Assembly (NCBI GenBank): GCA_020026055.1
Contig: JAHHRA010000005.1
Coordinates: 9,097 to 73,096, forward strand
Direction: 5' to 3'
DNA: 64,000 nucleotides
DNA from: Actinobacillus sp.
GTDB lineage: Bacteria > Pseudomonadota > Gammaproteobacteria > Enterobacterales > Pasteurellaceae
The stretch's first letter is position 1. Each line of letters opens with the position of its first letter. A model generated the notes under the pieces. The model was not told the DNA's origin and made no database searches. It was given only the letters and a program-made list of their open reading frames with translations. Below are positions 41,944 to 53,647 of the stretch, piece after piece. A program made the translations under genes and the position numbers.

Positions 41944-42315
41944 CTATACACCTTCTTCATCTAGATTTTTGATTTTGAAAAAGAAAAACCAATACTTTAT
42001 TAGTAAAACACTGACAATAAGCATTTTTGCCCAAACAATAGGAGTAAAAATAAAACCAATAGTCAGCATAGTTGTGGAAAGGAGTAAAATCCAGCATTTT
42101 GATTTTTTAGTCAATGCCTTTCTTTCGTGAAAAGCTTTTAAATGGTTTTGGTAAATATTTGTCTGCAAAAACCATTGATGAAGACGATCTGAACCTTTTG
42201 TAAAAAAAAATAAAGTGAGCAATAAAAAAGGTACCGTTGGCAATATAGGTAACACTATGCCAATAATTCCGAGAATAAGAAAAAAGAATCCCAATAAAAT
42301 ATAGATAGTTTTCAT
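41944..42315 (-). CDS. ybaN: YbaN family (DUF454) inner-membrane protein
   Basis: 123 aa. LGIIGIVLPILPTVPFLLL is the family N-terminal motif. Confidence 0.75.
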   Translation of the reverse strand: MKTIYILLGFFFLILGIIGIVLPILPTVPFLLLTLFFFTKGSDRLHQWFLQTNIYQNHLKAFHERKALTKKSKCWILLLSTTMLTIGFIFTPIVWAKMLIVSVLLIKYWFFFFKIKNLDEEGV

Positions 42316-42447
42316 AAAAAATTATAAATTTAAAACAAATGACACCTTTAAACCATACAGATTTTTTCTCTAAACTCAACTGAAAAACATTATTATTTAA
42401 ATAAATTTTATAAGAATCTTTCTATAATTATCAACTGATGGCTTATA

Positions 42448-44331
42448 ATGAGCGATCTTAACAGATATATAATGAACAAAAGGTTTTCTGATTTGAATAT
42501 TTTTAATCGTATTTTTAATTGGTTTGAAACACGTATTGATCCTTATCCAGAAAGTGACACTCAACAATTACAAAAAGGATTATTTAAATTTGTTTGGTCA
42601 AGCCTTTATGGTATGAAAAGCTGGATCCTACTACTTGCATTTCTCACATTAGGAACTGGAGTCATCGAAGCACTGCTTTTTCAATTCATGGGAGTACTAA
42701 TTGACTGGTTAAATAAATATTCTCCAAGCCAACTTTGGCAGCAAAAATCAGAATTCCTTTTAGGAATGGCTGGTGTTTTAATCGTCAGCATCTTTTGGTC
42801 ATTTTTTTCTACTACAACGCGCCTTGAAGCATTACAAGGTAATTTCCCGATGCGTTTACGCTGGAATTTTCATCGTCAAATGCTAGGTCAAAGTTTAAGC
42901 TTCTACCAAAATGAATTTGCTGGACGTGTTTCGACTAAAGTGATGCAAACAGCCCTTGCTGTCAGAGATAGTGTTCTTAGTCTTGCTAATATTATGGTTT
43001 ACATCATTGTTTATTTCATCACTTCAGGCATTATCTTAGTTTCACTCGATGGCTATCTCGTTTTACCTTTTTTAATCTGGCTAGGGCTTTTTGTGACTAT
43101 TTTATATTTCATTATTCCGCGTTTATCTCGAACTGCACAAGAACAAGCTAATGCCAGAGCACTGATGACAGGTCGAATTACTGATGCTTATGCCAATATT
43201 ACGACAGTAAAACTCTTTTCGCACGCTGCTCGTGAAGCCGATTATGTGAAACATTCAATGGATGAATTTATGATCACTGTCCATAAACAAATGCGTCTTG
43301 CTACTTACTTAAACAGCTTAACTTATACTAATAATGTCCTTTTAATTTTATTCACGTCCCTTCTCAGCATTTGGCTTTGGAGCAAAAACCTCATTGCTGT
43401 TGGTGCGATTGCAACTGCCATTGCTATGACGCTGCGTATAAATAGCCTATCACACTGGATTATGTGGGAATCAGCACGTTTATTTGAAAACATCGGTACA
43501 GTTAATGATGGTATGCAAACACTTTCTAAACCGCATACTATTTTTGATAAACCTCAAGCCTCCTCGCTCAAAGTAGACAAAGGTGATATTCGTTTTGAAC
43601 ATGTCAATTTTGCTTATACTTGCGAACCATTATTGAAGGATTTTAATTTACATATTAAAGCAGGTGAAAAAGTCGGATTAATCGGACGTTCAGGTGCGGG
43701 TAAATCAACTATCATTAACTTGCTCTTGCGTTTCTATGAAGTACAAGCAGGTGCAATTTACATTGATCAACAAAACATCAAAGATGTCACTCAAGAAAGC
43801 TTACGTGCTGAGATTGGGCTTGTCACTCAAGATACATCGTTACTGCATCGTAGTATCCGTGATAATATTATCTATGGTCGTCCAACAGCAACTGAGTCAG
43901 AACTCCAACAAGTTGCAGAACGAGCTAAAGTAAGTGATTTTATTCCTTATCTCACGGATTCGAGTGGCAGTTCAGGATTTGATGCACTTGTCGGTGAACG
44001 AGGTATCAAACTTTCTGGTGGTCAGCGTCAACGCATAGCTATCGCACGTGTGATGTTAAAAAATGCACCTATTTTAATCCTTGATGAAGCAACAAGTGCC
44101 TTGGATTCTGAAGTAGAGATCGCAATCCAAGAAAGTCTTGATGAAATAATGGAAAATAAAACAGTTATTGCTATCGCACATCGTCTTTCCACTATCGCAG
44201 CGATGGATCGCCTCATCGTATTAGATAAAGGACATATTATTGAGCAAGGAACACATCAAGAGTTACTTGCTCAAAATGGACTTTATGCAAAATTGTGGCG
44301 ACATCAATCTGGTGGATTCCTTAATCATTAA
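42448..44331 (+). CDS. ABC transporter, fused permease/ATP-binding protein (exporter type)
   Basis: 627 aa. A six-TM N-domain, Walker A GRSGAGKST, signature LSGGQRQR and Walker B ILILDEATSALD. The substrate is unknown. The start could instead be the ATG at 42472. Confidence 0.85.
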   Translation: MSDLNRYIMNKRFSDLNIFNRIFNWFETRIDPYPESDTQQLQKGLFKFVWSSLYGMKSWILLLAFLTLGTGVIEALLFQFMGVLIDWLNKYSPSQLWQQKSEFLLGMAGVLIVSIFWSFFSTTTRLEALQGNFPMRLRWNFHRQMLGQSLSFYQNEFAGRVSTKVMQTALAVRDSVLSLANIMVYIIVYFITSGIILVSLDGYLVLPFLIWLGLFVTILYFIIPRLSRTAQEQANARALMTGRITDAYANITTVKLFSHAAREADYVKHSMDEFMITVHKQMRLATYLNSLTYTNNVLLILFTSLLSIWLWSKNLIAVGAIATAIAMTLRINSLSHWIMWESARLFENIGTVNDGMQTLSKPHTIFDKPQASSLKVDKGDIRFEHVNFAYTCEPLLKDFNLHIKAGEKVGLIGRSGAGKSTIINLLLRFYEVQAGAIYIDQQNIKDVTQESLRAEIGLVTQDTSLLHRSIRDNIIYGRPTATESELQQVAERAKVSDFIPYLTDSSGSSGFDALVGERGIKLSGGQRQRIAIARVMLKNAPILILDEATSALDSEVEIAIQESLDEIMENKTVIAIAHRLSTIAAMDRLIVLDKGHIIEQGTHQELLAQNGLYAKLWRHQSGGFLNH

Positions 44332-44405
44332 GCCTCCAACTTTTCTTTGAAATGGCTTTAAAAACACCAGCATACCTTGTTTGCACTTCGTCTTATCAAT
44401 AAGAT

Positions 44406-44462
44406 CACGCCCTGATTTTCGGCAAATTTTATTGAGAAAAAATTACTGAAAATCAGGGCGTG
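44406..44462. repeat. palindromic repeat, long-loop variant in a convergent spacer
   Basis: CACGCCCTGATTTTC and GAAAATCAGGGCGTG are perfect 15-bp arms around a 27-nt AT-rich loop GGCAAATTTTATTGAGAAAAAATTACT. Confidence 0.8.
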
Positions 44463-44481
44463 ACTTCAATTAAATAACATT

Positions 44482-45489
44482 TTAATTGATTTGAATATTG
44501 GCATTTTGGCGCAATAAATAAATCCAGTTTTTCTCCAGTACTCCTAATTTATCACGCATTAATATTTCATAAGCTTTCTGCATATAAACATCATTAGTCA
44601 CATTCTGTTGACGATTACCTATCACTTCTAAAATATGCCAGCCAAAAGTACTTTTGAAAGGCTGTGAAATTTTACCTTGGGGTGTCGATAAAATTGTTTT
44701 TGCAAAAGTTGGTGAATACATTTCAGGGAATTGGTAACCTAATTCACCGCCATTTGCACCCGATAAATAATCTTTTGAATATTCTAATGCTGCTTTACCA
44801 AAACTTATTTTTTTATCCAAAATATCTTTGCGAATTTGCGTCAGTTTTGCTTTTGCTTCTTTATCGCTAAGCAGAGGGTTAGTAGTAAGTAAAATATGGC
44901 GTACATTATACTGTGTTGCAGTAATCGCCATATGCTTACCAGAAGCTTTTGTTTCTTCTTCTAATTTTGCTGCTAATGCCTGAAGTTCATTACGATTAAT
45001 ACTTTGTCGTAATATATTTACTTCTTGACCAATAATTTGACTACGTAATGTTGCCAATTGAATTTGCCGATATAGCCCTGGTGCAATTTGCTCAGCAAGA
45101 CGAGCACGATATTGTTCAAGATTGACACCTTCTTGTGTCAAAACAACAATGAACTGTCCATAACTCATGCCATTGTGTTGTGCAATTAACTGCATTTGAC
45201 GTTCAATTTCTTGGTTGAGAATTTGTTGAAATTGTTGAGGAGGCACAGTAATCTTTGATTGTTGCAAGGTTGTTTCTATCAATGCTTGGTTAATTAACTC
45301 ATCTAATGCTTTCTGACGTGCAACAGGTGTTGCACTACGATTTTTCAATAATTGATTGACTTGACTCTGTAAGATCGGTGCTCCATTTACGCTTGCTACA
45401 ACACGATCTCCTAAAGGTTGTGCATTTGCATAAAAAGTAGAAAATCCTACGCAGGAAATACAAAATATTTGAAATATTTTTTTTCTCAT
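44482..45489 (-). CDS. surA: periplasmic chaperone/peptidyl-prolyl isomerase SurA (single parvulin domain)
   Basis: 335 aa. Signal peptide, an N-terminal SurA chaperone region (DRVVASVNGAPILQSQV) and one parvulin domain (YNVRHILL...FGWHILEV). Confidence 0.85.
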   Translation of the reverse strand: MRKKIFQIFCISCVGFSTFYANAQPLGDRVVASVNGAPILQSQVNQLLKNRSATPVARQKALDELINQALIETTLQQSKITVPPQQFQQILNQEIERQMQLIAQHNGMSYGQFIVVLTQEGVNLEQYRARLAEQIAPGLYRQIQLATLRSQIIGQEVNILRQSINRNELQALAAKLEEETKASGKHMAITATQYNVRHILLTTNPLLSDKEAKAKLTQIRKDILDKKISFGKAALEYSKDYLSGANGGELGYQFPEMYSPTFAKTILSTPQGKISQPFKSTFGWHILEVIGNRQQNVTNDVYMQKAYEILMRDKLGVLEKNWIYLLRQNANIQIN

Positions 45490-45544
45490 CAGCTTTCTTC
45501 CTAAAAATTTACTTTCTGTTTAGAATAAAATTCAAATAAAAAGT

Positions 45545-46090
45545 TCAGTTATTTTCTGTTAGTAACACAGCATCATAAAAACCATCAGAACGCTCAGTAT
45601 GAACCTGAACTTCTTCTTGGCGTGTTGTAGCAACACTTTTTCCAACATAATCAGCCCGAATAGGGAGTTCACGATGCCCTCGATCAATAAGTGCAACTAA
45701 TTTAATCCGTTTAGCTCGACCAAAATCAATAAGTGCATCTAAAGCCGCACGAATAGTACGTCCAGTGAATAAAACATCATCAACTAAAATGACAGTCTTA
45801 TTATCAATATTAATAAAACTCGTTGCACCACAATAAGTTGGATAAAGTTCTTCGTGCTCATCTGAGAAATCATCACGGTAGAGCGTGATGTCCAAATCAA
45901 AAGCAGGTAAGTGTTGCCCTGTTAGTTTTTGGATATGTTCTCTCAATAAATGAGCAATATCTGCCCCTCTTCTTTTAATGCCAACAATGACTAGAGATGA
46001 CAATTCCGTATGCTCTTCAACTATTTCATGAGCAATTCTAGAAACTGTATGCAGAAATTGAGAGCTATCAATAATATTTTGTTTACTCAT
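45545..46090 (-). CDS. pyrR: PyrR bifunctional regulator/uracil phosphoribosyltransferase
   Basis: 181 aa from MSKQNIIDSSQF. PRPP motif VILVDDVLFTGRTIRAAL. GAGGAA RBS before the ATG at 46090. The track start at 46156 overlaps mutH. Confidence 0.9.
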   Translation of the reverse strand: MSKQNIIDSSQFLHTVSRIAHEIVEEHTELSSLVIVGIKRRGADIAHLLREHIQKLTGQHLPAFDLDITLYRDDFSDEHEELYPTYCGATSFINIDNKTVILVDDVLFTGRTIRAALDALIDFGRAKRIKLVALIDRGHRELPIRADYVGKSVATTRQEEVQVHTERSDGFYDAVLLTENN

Positions 46091-46145
46091 CGCTATTTCC
46101 TCATATAATATTTTCTGGACATTATAGCCTAAATTCCACAAATTT

Positions 46146-46823
46146 TTATCGTTCAAGATAATTTTGCAAAATCATCTGTGTAAATTGTTTACGTAAATAA
46201 AATCCAAGTGGTAAAGTTTTTATAGTTTCCCCTCGCTCATTAATACCTGTCGTTAATGCTCGGCTGTTCGCTGCTTTTGGTCTTAACTGAAGCACTTCTC
46301 CTAATGTTGCATCAATCTCTTGCACTCGTCCTAGAATAATGTAATCCATAAGTTCCTCCCAATCTCGTTTTAATAAACGCTCTTGTTCTGCATTTGGCTG
46401 CCACAAAATAGGCGAACCAATTCGACGCAAAGCAAGTGGAACATCTCGACTACCTTCAACAGGGATCCATAGCACTTTTGCTAATTTATAGCGTACATGA
46501 CTCGTTTCCCAAATTAATCCTGTTGTCTGAGTTAAGGGAGCTAAACTGACAAAAGTTGTTTCTAATATTTTGCCATTTTTGTCTATAGGTAGAGTTTTAA
46601 GTTCAATACCTAAAGATTGAAAATCACGTTCCGCTTTACTTCCAGCAGTTGCACCTAATGCTATTTCAATCAAATGACCAACCCAACCTTTATAACGATT
46701 CAAACTTTCAGGCACAATTAACTGGAATACTTCTGCAACTTCAGCAAAAGTTAATCCAGCAATTGCCCATGCTCGTTTAAGGAGTTCTGCCTCATTAGTT
46801 GGAGCAGAGTATTTTATTGTCAC
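46146..46823 (-). CDS. mutH: DNA mismatch repair endonuclease MutH
   Basis: 225 aa. GWVGHLIEIALGATAGSKAERDF, GIELKTLPID, and PLGFYLRKQFT. Confidence 0.93.
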   Translation of the reverse strand: MTIKYSAPTNEAELLKRAWAIAGLTFAEVAEVFQLIVPESLNRYKGWVGHLIEIALGATAGSKAERDFQSLGIELKTLPIDKNGKILETTFVSLAPLTQTTGLIWETSHVRYKLAKVLWIPVEGSRDVPLALRRIGSPILWQPNAEQERLLKRDWEELMDYIILGRVQEIDATLGEVLQLRPKAANSRALTTGINERGETIKTLPLGFYLRKQFTQMILQNYLER

Positions 46824-46870
46824 ATATCCCTCTTACAAAAACGCACTGAAAACGGTACGTTAGTGATTTT

Positions 46871-47515
46871 TTAACAACAGTATTTTTCCCGATAAGCCAC
46901 TAAATCTTCGATAGTCATTACGGGGTAATTAAATTTCTGAGCAAAGTCAATGATTTCTATAGTTCGTGCCATTGAACCATCTTCATTAGTAATTTCACAA
47001 ATAACTCCTGCAGGTTTAAATCCAGCTATTTTTGCTAAATCAACTGCTGCTTCTGTATGTCCGCGCCGAACTAATACGCCGCCTGTTTTCGCACGTAATG
47101 GAAAAATATGTCCTGGACGATTTAAATCACTTGGTAGAGCATTATCAGCTATAGCAGTTTTGATTGTCGTCACTCGATCGCTTGCACTTACGCCCGTAGT
47201 CACGCCTTGCGATGCTTCAATAGTCACAGTAAATGCTGTATGGTTAACACAATTATTATTTTCAACCATTGCTGGCAGATCTAATTGCTGGCAATGTTCA
47301 TCAGTTAAACAAAGGCAGACAATACCGCTACCATAACGAATAAGTTGTGCCATTTGTGATACTGTGATTGTTTCAGCTGGAAAAATAAGATCACCTTCAT
47401 TTTCACGATTTTCATCATCTAGCACAAGAACTCCTTTTCCCGCTTTTAAAGCGTCAAGAGCACGCTCAACACGTTCTTCTGATGTTCCAAATGAAGATAA
47501 GATGGACTGATTCAT
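46871..47515 (-). CDS. ribB: 3,4-dihydroxy-2-butanone 4-phosphate synthase
   Basis: 214 aa. [36 protein letters not shown], and VICEI. Confidence 0.96.
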   Translation of the reverse strand: MNQSILSSFGTSEERVERALDALKAGKGVLVLDDENRENEGDLIFPAETITVSQMAQLIRYGSGIVCLCLTDEHCQQLDLPAMVENNNCVNHTAFTVTIEASQGVTTGVSASDRVTTIKTAIADNALPSDLNRPGHIFPLRAKTGGVLVRRGHTEAAVDLAKIAGFKPAGVICEITNEDGSMARTIEIIDFAQKFNYPVMTIEDLVAYREKYCC

Positions 47516-47564
47516 AGTAAAATTTCCTTCAAATAAATTGTCATACTTGAATCAGGGCTTGATA

Positions 47565-47608
47565 GAAAAAGTAAAAAGATAACAAAATCTTGAGCAAAAG
47601 ATTCTGTT
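47565..47608 (-). terminator. FMN riboswitch expression-platform terminator
   Basis: Minus-strand RNA AACAGAAUCUU-UUGCUC-AAGAUUUUGUU (one G-U pair) followed by AUCUUUUUACUUUUUC. It lies between the aptamer and the ribB RBS. Confidence 0.75.
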
Positions 47609-47619
47609 ATTAGTCAATA

Positions 47620-47760
47620 ATTCTCTTTCATCCAGACTGTTACTGTCGGCTTTGGATTTTCACCAAATCTGCTGTCTTTGCTGTAGCAAACGCTCGTGGG
47701 CTCATTTTAAAACGGTTCAAAACTTACCACCGGTAGGGAATTACACCCTGCCCTGAGAAT
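47620..47760 (-). promoter_or_regulatory. FMN riboswitch (RFN element) controlling ribB
   Basis: The minus strand reads TTCTCAGGGCAGGGTGTAATTCCCTACCGGTGGTAAG...GAGCCCACGAGCG...AGATTTGGTGAAAATCCAAAGCCGACAGTAACAGTCTGGATGAAAGAGAA. All conserved RFN blocks are present in the canonical order. Confidence 0.92.
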
Positions 47761-47916
47761 TTGCATAGTATAACCCAATTCTTTGATAAAAGAAGTGTCT
47801 TTCTGTTTCAAACAAATGAGAAAAAATTTTTATTTAACGTTAGGATTGCATACAATAGTCGTCCGCTATTTATTTAAAATGCATTAGCTTAAATTTTATT
47901 ATAAGAAAAAACTTAA

Positions 47917-49218
<1,302 letters not shown>

Positions 49219-49221
49219 CTA

Positions 49222-49911
49222 ATGATTTTGTTCGCAGGAGATCCTCACGGTAAATTCGAACACTTATTTCCTTTTCTAAAACCTGATGAAAATGGTCAGC
49301 TTCCTGCTGTTATTTTACTAGGTGATATTCAAATTCATTCACCAAATGAATTAGAAGAGTTAGCGAACCTTTGTGAACTTTGGTTTATTCACGGGAATCA
49401 CGATAACGACACTCCAGAAATTTACGATGCGTTATGGCATGATAAATGGCGTAATCGTAATTTACATAAAAAAGTACAAACGATCCGAGGTGTCCGCATT
49501 GCAGGTTTAGGTGGTATATTTCGTGGCAAAATTTGGATGCCTCCAAATAAGCCATTGTACATAGATCCGATTCATTTCTGTCAGTATTGCCCGCCCGAAA
49601 ATTTATGGCGTCAAGGCTTACCATTACGCCATCGTGTGACTATTTTCCCTTCTGATATTGAAACTTTAGCTTTACAAAAAGCAGATATTCTTGTTACGCA
49701 TGAAGCACCAAAGCCTCATCCACAAGGTTTTTCTGTTTTAAACAAACTCGCTGACAAAATGTGTATAAAACATATTTTCCACGGTCATCATCACGAAACT
49801 TATCTTTATCCAGATGAAGACAAGTATGCATATAAGGTTACAAATGTCGGATTTCGCGGTCTTAGCGATATAAATGGACATTGTTTACTGACCAACAATG
49901 ATAACCATTAA
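49222..49911 (+). CDS. calcineurin-like metallophosphoesterase, function unknown
   Basis: 229 aa. Metallophosphoesterase motifs GDPHG, LLGDI, IHGNHD, VTHEAP, GHHHE. It starts 3 nt after the nadR stop. Confidence 0.72.
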   Translation: MILFAGDPHGKFEHLFPFLKPDENGQLPAVILLGDIQIHSPNELEELANLCELWFIHGNHDNDTPEIYDALWHDKWRNRNLHKKVQTIRGVRIAGLGGIFRGKIWMPPNKPLYIDPIHFCQYCPPENLWRQGLPLRHRVTIFPSDIETLALQKADILVTHEAPKPHPQGFSVLNKLADKMCIKHIFHGHHHETYLYPDEDKYAYKVTNVGFRGLSDINGHCLLTNNDNH

Positions 49912-50001
49912 GTTTACGTTTTCAATTTATTTATGAGATGCTATTTGTTCTATTTGGATATGTTCTGCCGATAACTAATGTTCAAATACTTTGTATTTTT
50001 A

Positions 50002-50028
50002 GGAAAATTTTTCGAAAATCGAAGCGTA
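50002..50028. repeat. palindromic repeat, half copy abutting the mutT stop codon
   Basis: GGAAAATTTTTC-GAAAATCGAAGCGTA is followed directly by TTA, the mutT stop on the minus strand. There is no left arm. Confidence 0.7.
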
Positions 50029-50430
50029 TTATTTATGCTGACACAACTTCTGAATAAGTTGATAGTTCGCAGGAGGAAAACTGCCCACATCTAAATCAGA
50101 TTGATTTATCCACATGCCCATTTGCCCTTCACGTCCGAAAGGCTCATTCACCCATTCCTCAACAAGGTAAAAATAAAATTCAATCACTTTATGTGAGTAA
50201 TCATAAGCAAAATGTTCAAATAACGTCGCATTTAAAACTTGGATGCCAACTTCTTCTTCCAATTCTCTATCTAAGGCTTGACGTGGTGTCTCACCGATTT
50301 TTATTTTCCCGCCTGGAAATTCTAATGCTTGTGCAAAATCTTTACCTTCTAAACGTTGAGTAAGATAAATCTGACCAAGTGCATTACGAATAATGCCTGC
50401 AGCAACTTGAAATTGTGGTTTATTGACCAT
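50029..50430 (-). CDS. mutT: 8-oxo-dGTP diphosphatase MutT (Nudix)
   Basis: 133 aa. Nudix box GGKIKIGETPRQALDRELEEEVG. It lies downstream of secA as in E. coli. Confidence 0.87.
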   Translation of the reverse strand: MVNKPQFQVAAGIIRNALGQIYLTQRLEGKDFAQALEFPGGKIKIGETPRQALDRELEEEVGIQVLNATLFEHFAYDYSHKVIEFYFYLVEEWVNEPFGREGQMGMWINQSDLDVGSFPPANYQLIQKLCQHK

Positions 50431-50444
50431 TTTTATTAACTCCT

Positions 50445-50477
50445 AAAATAAAAAACGGTAAGCAAAAAGCTTACCGC
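50445..50477 (-). terminator. hairpin/terminator between secA and mutT
   Basis: On the minus strand: GCGGTAAGC-TTTTT-GCTTACCGT followed by TTTTTATTTT. Confidence 0.7.
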
Positions 50478-50488
50478 TTTATTCATTA

Positions 50489-53179
50489 TTAACTAAATTT
50501 CTTTGTTCGACTTCCGCAACAATATTTATATTTTTTGCCACTACCACAAGGACAGGATTCATTACGCCCAACTTTAGCATTCATATTTTCTATTTTATGC
50601 TCGTTGTTAGTGTAATAATTAGCTGCTTGATTTTCAGCTTCTGCTTGTAATGCGGCTTCCGCTGCTCGAACTTCTTCTTCACTACGCACTTGAACACGAC
50701 TTAACGTACTAATTACACTCAGCTTTAATGCATCAAGCATATCAGTAAACATTTGGAAAGATTCACGTTTATATTCTTGTTTTGGATCTTTTTGAGCATA
50801 ACCCCGCAAATGAATACCTCGACGTAAATGATCCATCGCAGAAAGATGCTCTTTCCAAAGCTCATCTAAAGTTTGTAACATAACGCCCTTTTCAAACTGA
50901 CGCATCATTTCTTCGCCTACGAGTGCTTCTTTCGCTTTGTATTCTTCCACTGCTGCTTCAAGGATCCGCTCGCGTAATTTTTCTTCATCTATACAGTGAT
51001 CTTTTTCGATCCAATCCACTAATGGTAAGTCCAAACCAAAGTCTTGTTTTAACCGTGTTTCTAATGCAGGTACATCCCACATTTCTTCTACAGATTGAGG
51101 TGGAATATATTCATCTATGATTTGATTAAAAACATCATTACGAATCGCATTCACACTCTCAGCGAGATTGTCGTTATCAAGCAATTTATTACGTTGTGCA
51201 TAAATCGCATGACGTTGATCATTCGCGACGTCGTCAAATTCGAGCAAATTTTTCCGTCCGTCAAAGTTGTAATTCTCGACTTTAGCTTGTGCCGATGCGA
51301 TCACTTTTGCTAACATTTTTGATTCCATTCCTTCTCCAGGCGTATTAAATGCTTTACGCATCAAGCTTAATTTACTTTCATTGAGGTATATACGCATAAG
51401 GGCATCATCCAGAGAAAGATAGAAGCGGCTTGAGCCTGGATCACCTTGACGACCTGAACGTCCCCGTAATTGGTTATCAATTCGTCGTGATTCATGACGT
51501 TCAGTGCCAATAATATGCAAGCCACCTGCTGCTTTCACTATATCGTGGCGTTTTTGCCATTCTGTTTTAATCGCTTCGATCTGTGCTGGAGTTGGATTTT
51601 CTAGTTTTTCTACCTCCACTTTCCAATTTCCTCCAAGCACAATATCCGTTCCTCGACCAGCCATATTAGTAGCAATAGTCACTGCAGCAGGTGCTCCTGC
51701 ATTTGCGATAATTTCCGCTTCTTGAGCATGGAATTTAGCATTTAATACATTATGTGCAATACCTACTTTTTGCAAAGCTTTGGATAAGGCTTCGGATTTT
51801 TCAATTGACGCTGTACCGATCAATACAGGCTGGTTCCTTTTTATACATTCTTTAACGTCTTCAATAATTGCATCAAATTTGTATTGTTCATTTTCGAACA
51901 TAATATCTGTAAAATCATTACGTTGAATTGGACGATTTGTTGGGATGACAACAGTTTCTAGACCATAAATTTGTTGAAATTCAAAAGCTTCTGTGTCAGC
52001 GGTTCCTGTCATTCCCGCTAGCTTTTCATAAAGACGGAAATAATTCTGGTAAGTAATTGAAGCAACTGTTTGATTTTCACCTTGAATTTTTACTCCTTCT
52101 TTAGCTTCTATTGCTTGGTGCAATCCATCTGACCAACGACGACCTGCCATTGTACGTCCTGTATGTTCATCGACAATAACAACTTCACCATTCTTAACGA
52201 TATAGTCAACATCTTTTTCAAATAAAGTATTCGCACGTAAAGCTGCGTAAACGTGGTGTAAAAGTACGATATTAACAGGCGAATAAAGCGTATCATTTTC
52301 TGCCATTAAACCTTCTTTCACTAATAACTGCTCTACTTTTTCTTGTCCACGTTCAGTTAAATGTGCTTGTTTATTTTTTAAATCCAAACTGTAATCGCCT
52401 GTACCTTGGTATTCTTCACTATCCTCTTTATCTTGTTTGATTAAATGAGGAATAATTTTGTTGATAGTGATATAAAGTTCACTGCTATCTTCAGCAGGAC
52501 CTGAAATAATAAGTGGTGTGCGAGCCTCATCAATTAAGATAGAGTCTACTTCATCGACTAATGCATAATGCAATTCACGTTGGCAACGATCTTCTGAGCG
52601 ATGTGCTAAATTGTCACGTAAATAATCAAATCCTAGCTCACTATTAGTCGCATAAGTAATATCTGCGGCATAGGCAGCACGCTTTTGTTCTGACGACATA
52701 CCAGGAATATTGACACCTACAGTCATTCCTAAAAATTCAAACAGTGGGCGATTAGTATCTGCGTCACGACTTGCTAAATAATCGTTTACAGTAACAACAT
52801 GCACACCTTTGCCTGTTAATGCGTTCAAATAACAAGGTAAAGTTGCAGTTAGCGTTTTACCCTCACCTGTCCGCATCTCTGCAATACAACGATCATTTAA
52901 CACCATCCCACCCACAAGTTGGACATCGAACGGACGCATACCGAGTACTCGTTTACTCGCCTCACGAACAGTAGCAAAAGCCTCGGGTAAAATATGTTCT
53001 AATTTTTCTCCCTGCTCTAAACGCGTTCGGAATTCAGCTGTTTTTGCTTTTAATTCTTCATCAGTCAGCTCAATAAATTGAGATTCTAATTTATTTATTT
53101 GTAATACTTTCTTGTTTAATTGACGTAAGATGCGATCGTTTCGACTACCGAACACTTTCGCCACTATTGTTCTTAACAT
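50489..53179 (-). CDS. secA: preprotein translocase ATPase SecA
   Basis: 896 aa. [43 protein letters not shown], and a C-terminal zinc site [14 protein letters not shown]. Confidence 0.98.
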   Translation of the reverse strand: MLRTIVAKVFGSRNDRILRQLNKKVLQINKLESQFIELTDEELKAKTAEFRTRLEQGEKLEHILPEAFATVREASKRVLGMRPFDVQLVGGMVLNDRCIAEMRTGEGKTLTATLPCYLNALTGKGVHVVTVNDYLASRDADTNRPLFEFLGMTVGVNIPGMSSEQKRAAYAADITYATNSELGFDYLRDNLAHRSEDRCQRELHYALVDEVDSILIDEARTPLIISGPAEDSSELYITINKIIPHLIKQDKEDSEEYQGTGDYSLDLKNKQAHLTERGQEKVEQLLVKEGLMAENDTLYSPVNIVLLHHVYAALRANTLFEKDVDYIVKNGEVVIVDEHTGRTMAGRRWSDGLHQAIEAKEGVKIQGENQTVASITYQNYFRLYEKLAGMTGTADTEAFEFQQIYGLETVVIPTNRPIQRNDFTDIMFENEQYKFDAIIEDVKECIKRNQPVLIGTASIEKSEALSKALQKVGIAHNVLNAKFHAQEAEIIANAGAPAAVTIATNMAGRGTDIVLGGNWKVEVEKLENPTPAQIEAIKTEWQKRHDIVKAAGGLHIIGTERHESRRIDNQLRGRSGRQGDPGSSRFYLSLDDALMRIYLNESKLSLMRKAFNTPGEGMESKMLAKVIASAQAKVENYNFDGRKNLLEFDDVANDQRHAIYAQRNKLLDNDNLAESVNAIRNDVFNQIIDEYIPPQSVEEMWDVPALETRLKQDFGLDLPLVDWIEKDHCIDEEKLRERILEAAVEEYKAKEALVGEEMMRQFEKGVMLQTLDELWKEHLSAMDHLRRGIHLRGYAQKDPKQEYKRESFQMFTDMLDALKLSVISTLSRVQVRSEEEVRAAEAALQAEAENQAANYYTNNEHKIENMNAKVGRNESCPCGSGKKYKYCCGSRTKKFS

Positions 53180-53265
53180 AATTTTCTCTTTAAATAATAA
53201 ATAAAACGGACTCTGCTAAGCAGATTAGCAAAAAAATAGTAAAAAATAATAAAATTAAAGTGTAC

Positions 53266-53559
53266 TTAAGGTGCACGAATAAGCATATTTGGAAAAATAA
53301 ATCTGGAAAGATTATCAACATCAAGCCACCAATATTTATGCTTTACTACTCTGCAAGCAATAACTTGCTGTGTTTGCTGTTGTACAACTTTCTGTTGTAT
53401 TGTGATACTTGTCTTTTGAAGTTGAGATAACTGAGTAATTAGGATCTTAATATTTGGCACATCGTTACGAGGGTTTTCGGGATACGTATTTGCTAACGAA
53501 AAAACAGCAATTAATCCCAACCAAAGTGGTGACCAAAAAAAAGATTTATTTTTTAACAC
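53266..53559 (-). CDS. secM: SecM-like secretion-monitor leader ORF (candidate translation-arrest peptide)
   Basis: 97-aa ORF, 86 nt upstream of secA on the same strand. GTG start with a GAGGA RBS. Signal-peptide-like N-terminus (FFWSPLWLGLIAVFSLANT). The C-terminus ...RFIFPNMLIRAP-stop resembles the E. coli arrest motif ...GIRAGP. Confidence 0.6.
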   Translation of the reverse strand: MLKNKSFFWSPLWLGLIAVFSLANTYPENPRNDVPNIKILITQLSQLQKTSITIQQKVVQQQTQQVIACRVVKHKYWWLDVDNLSRFIFPNMLIRAP

Positions 53560-53647
53560 GAGTTAAATCCTCTATGACAAAAACAAGATAATTGATGAAA
53601 ATCCTTACATTGTAGCGGAATTTCGCTACAATGTCATAACTATTACT

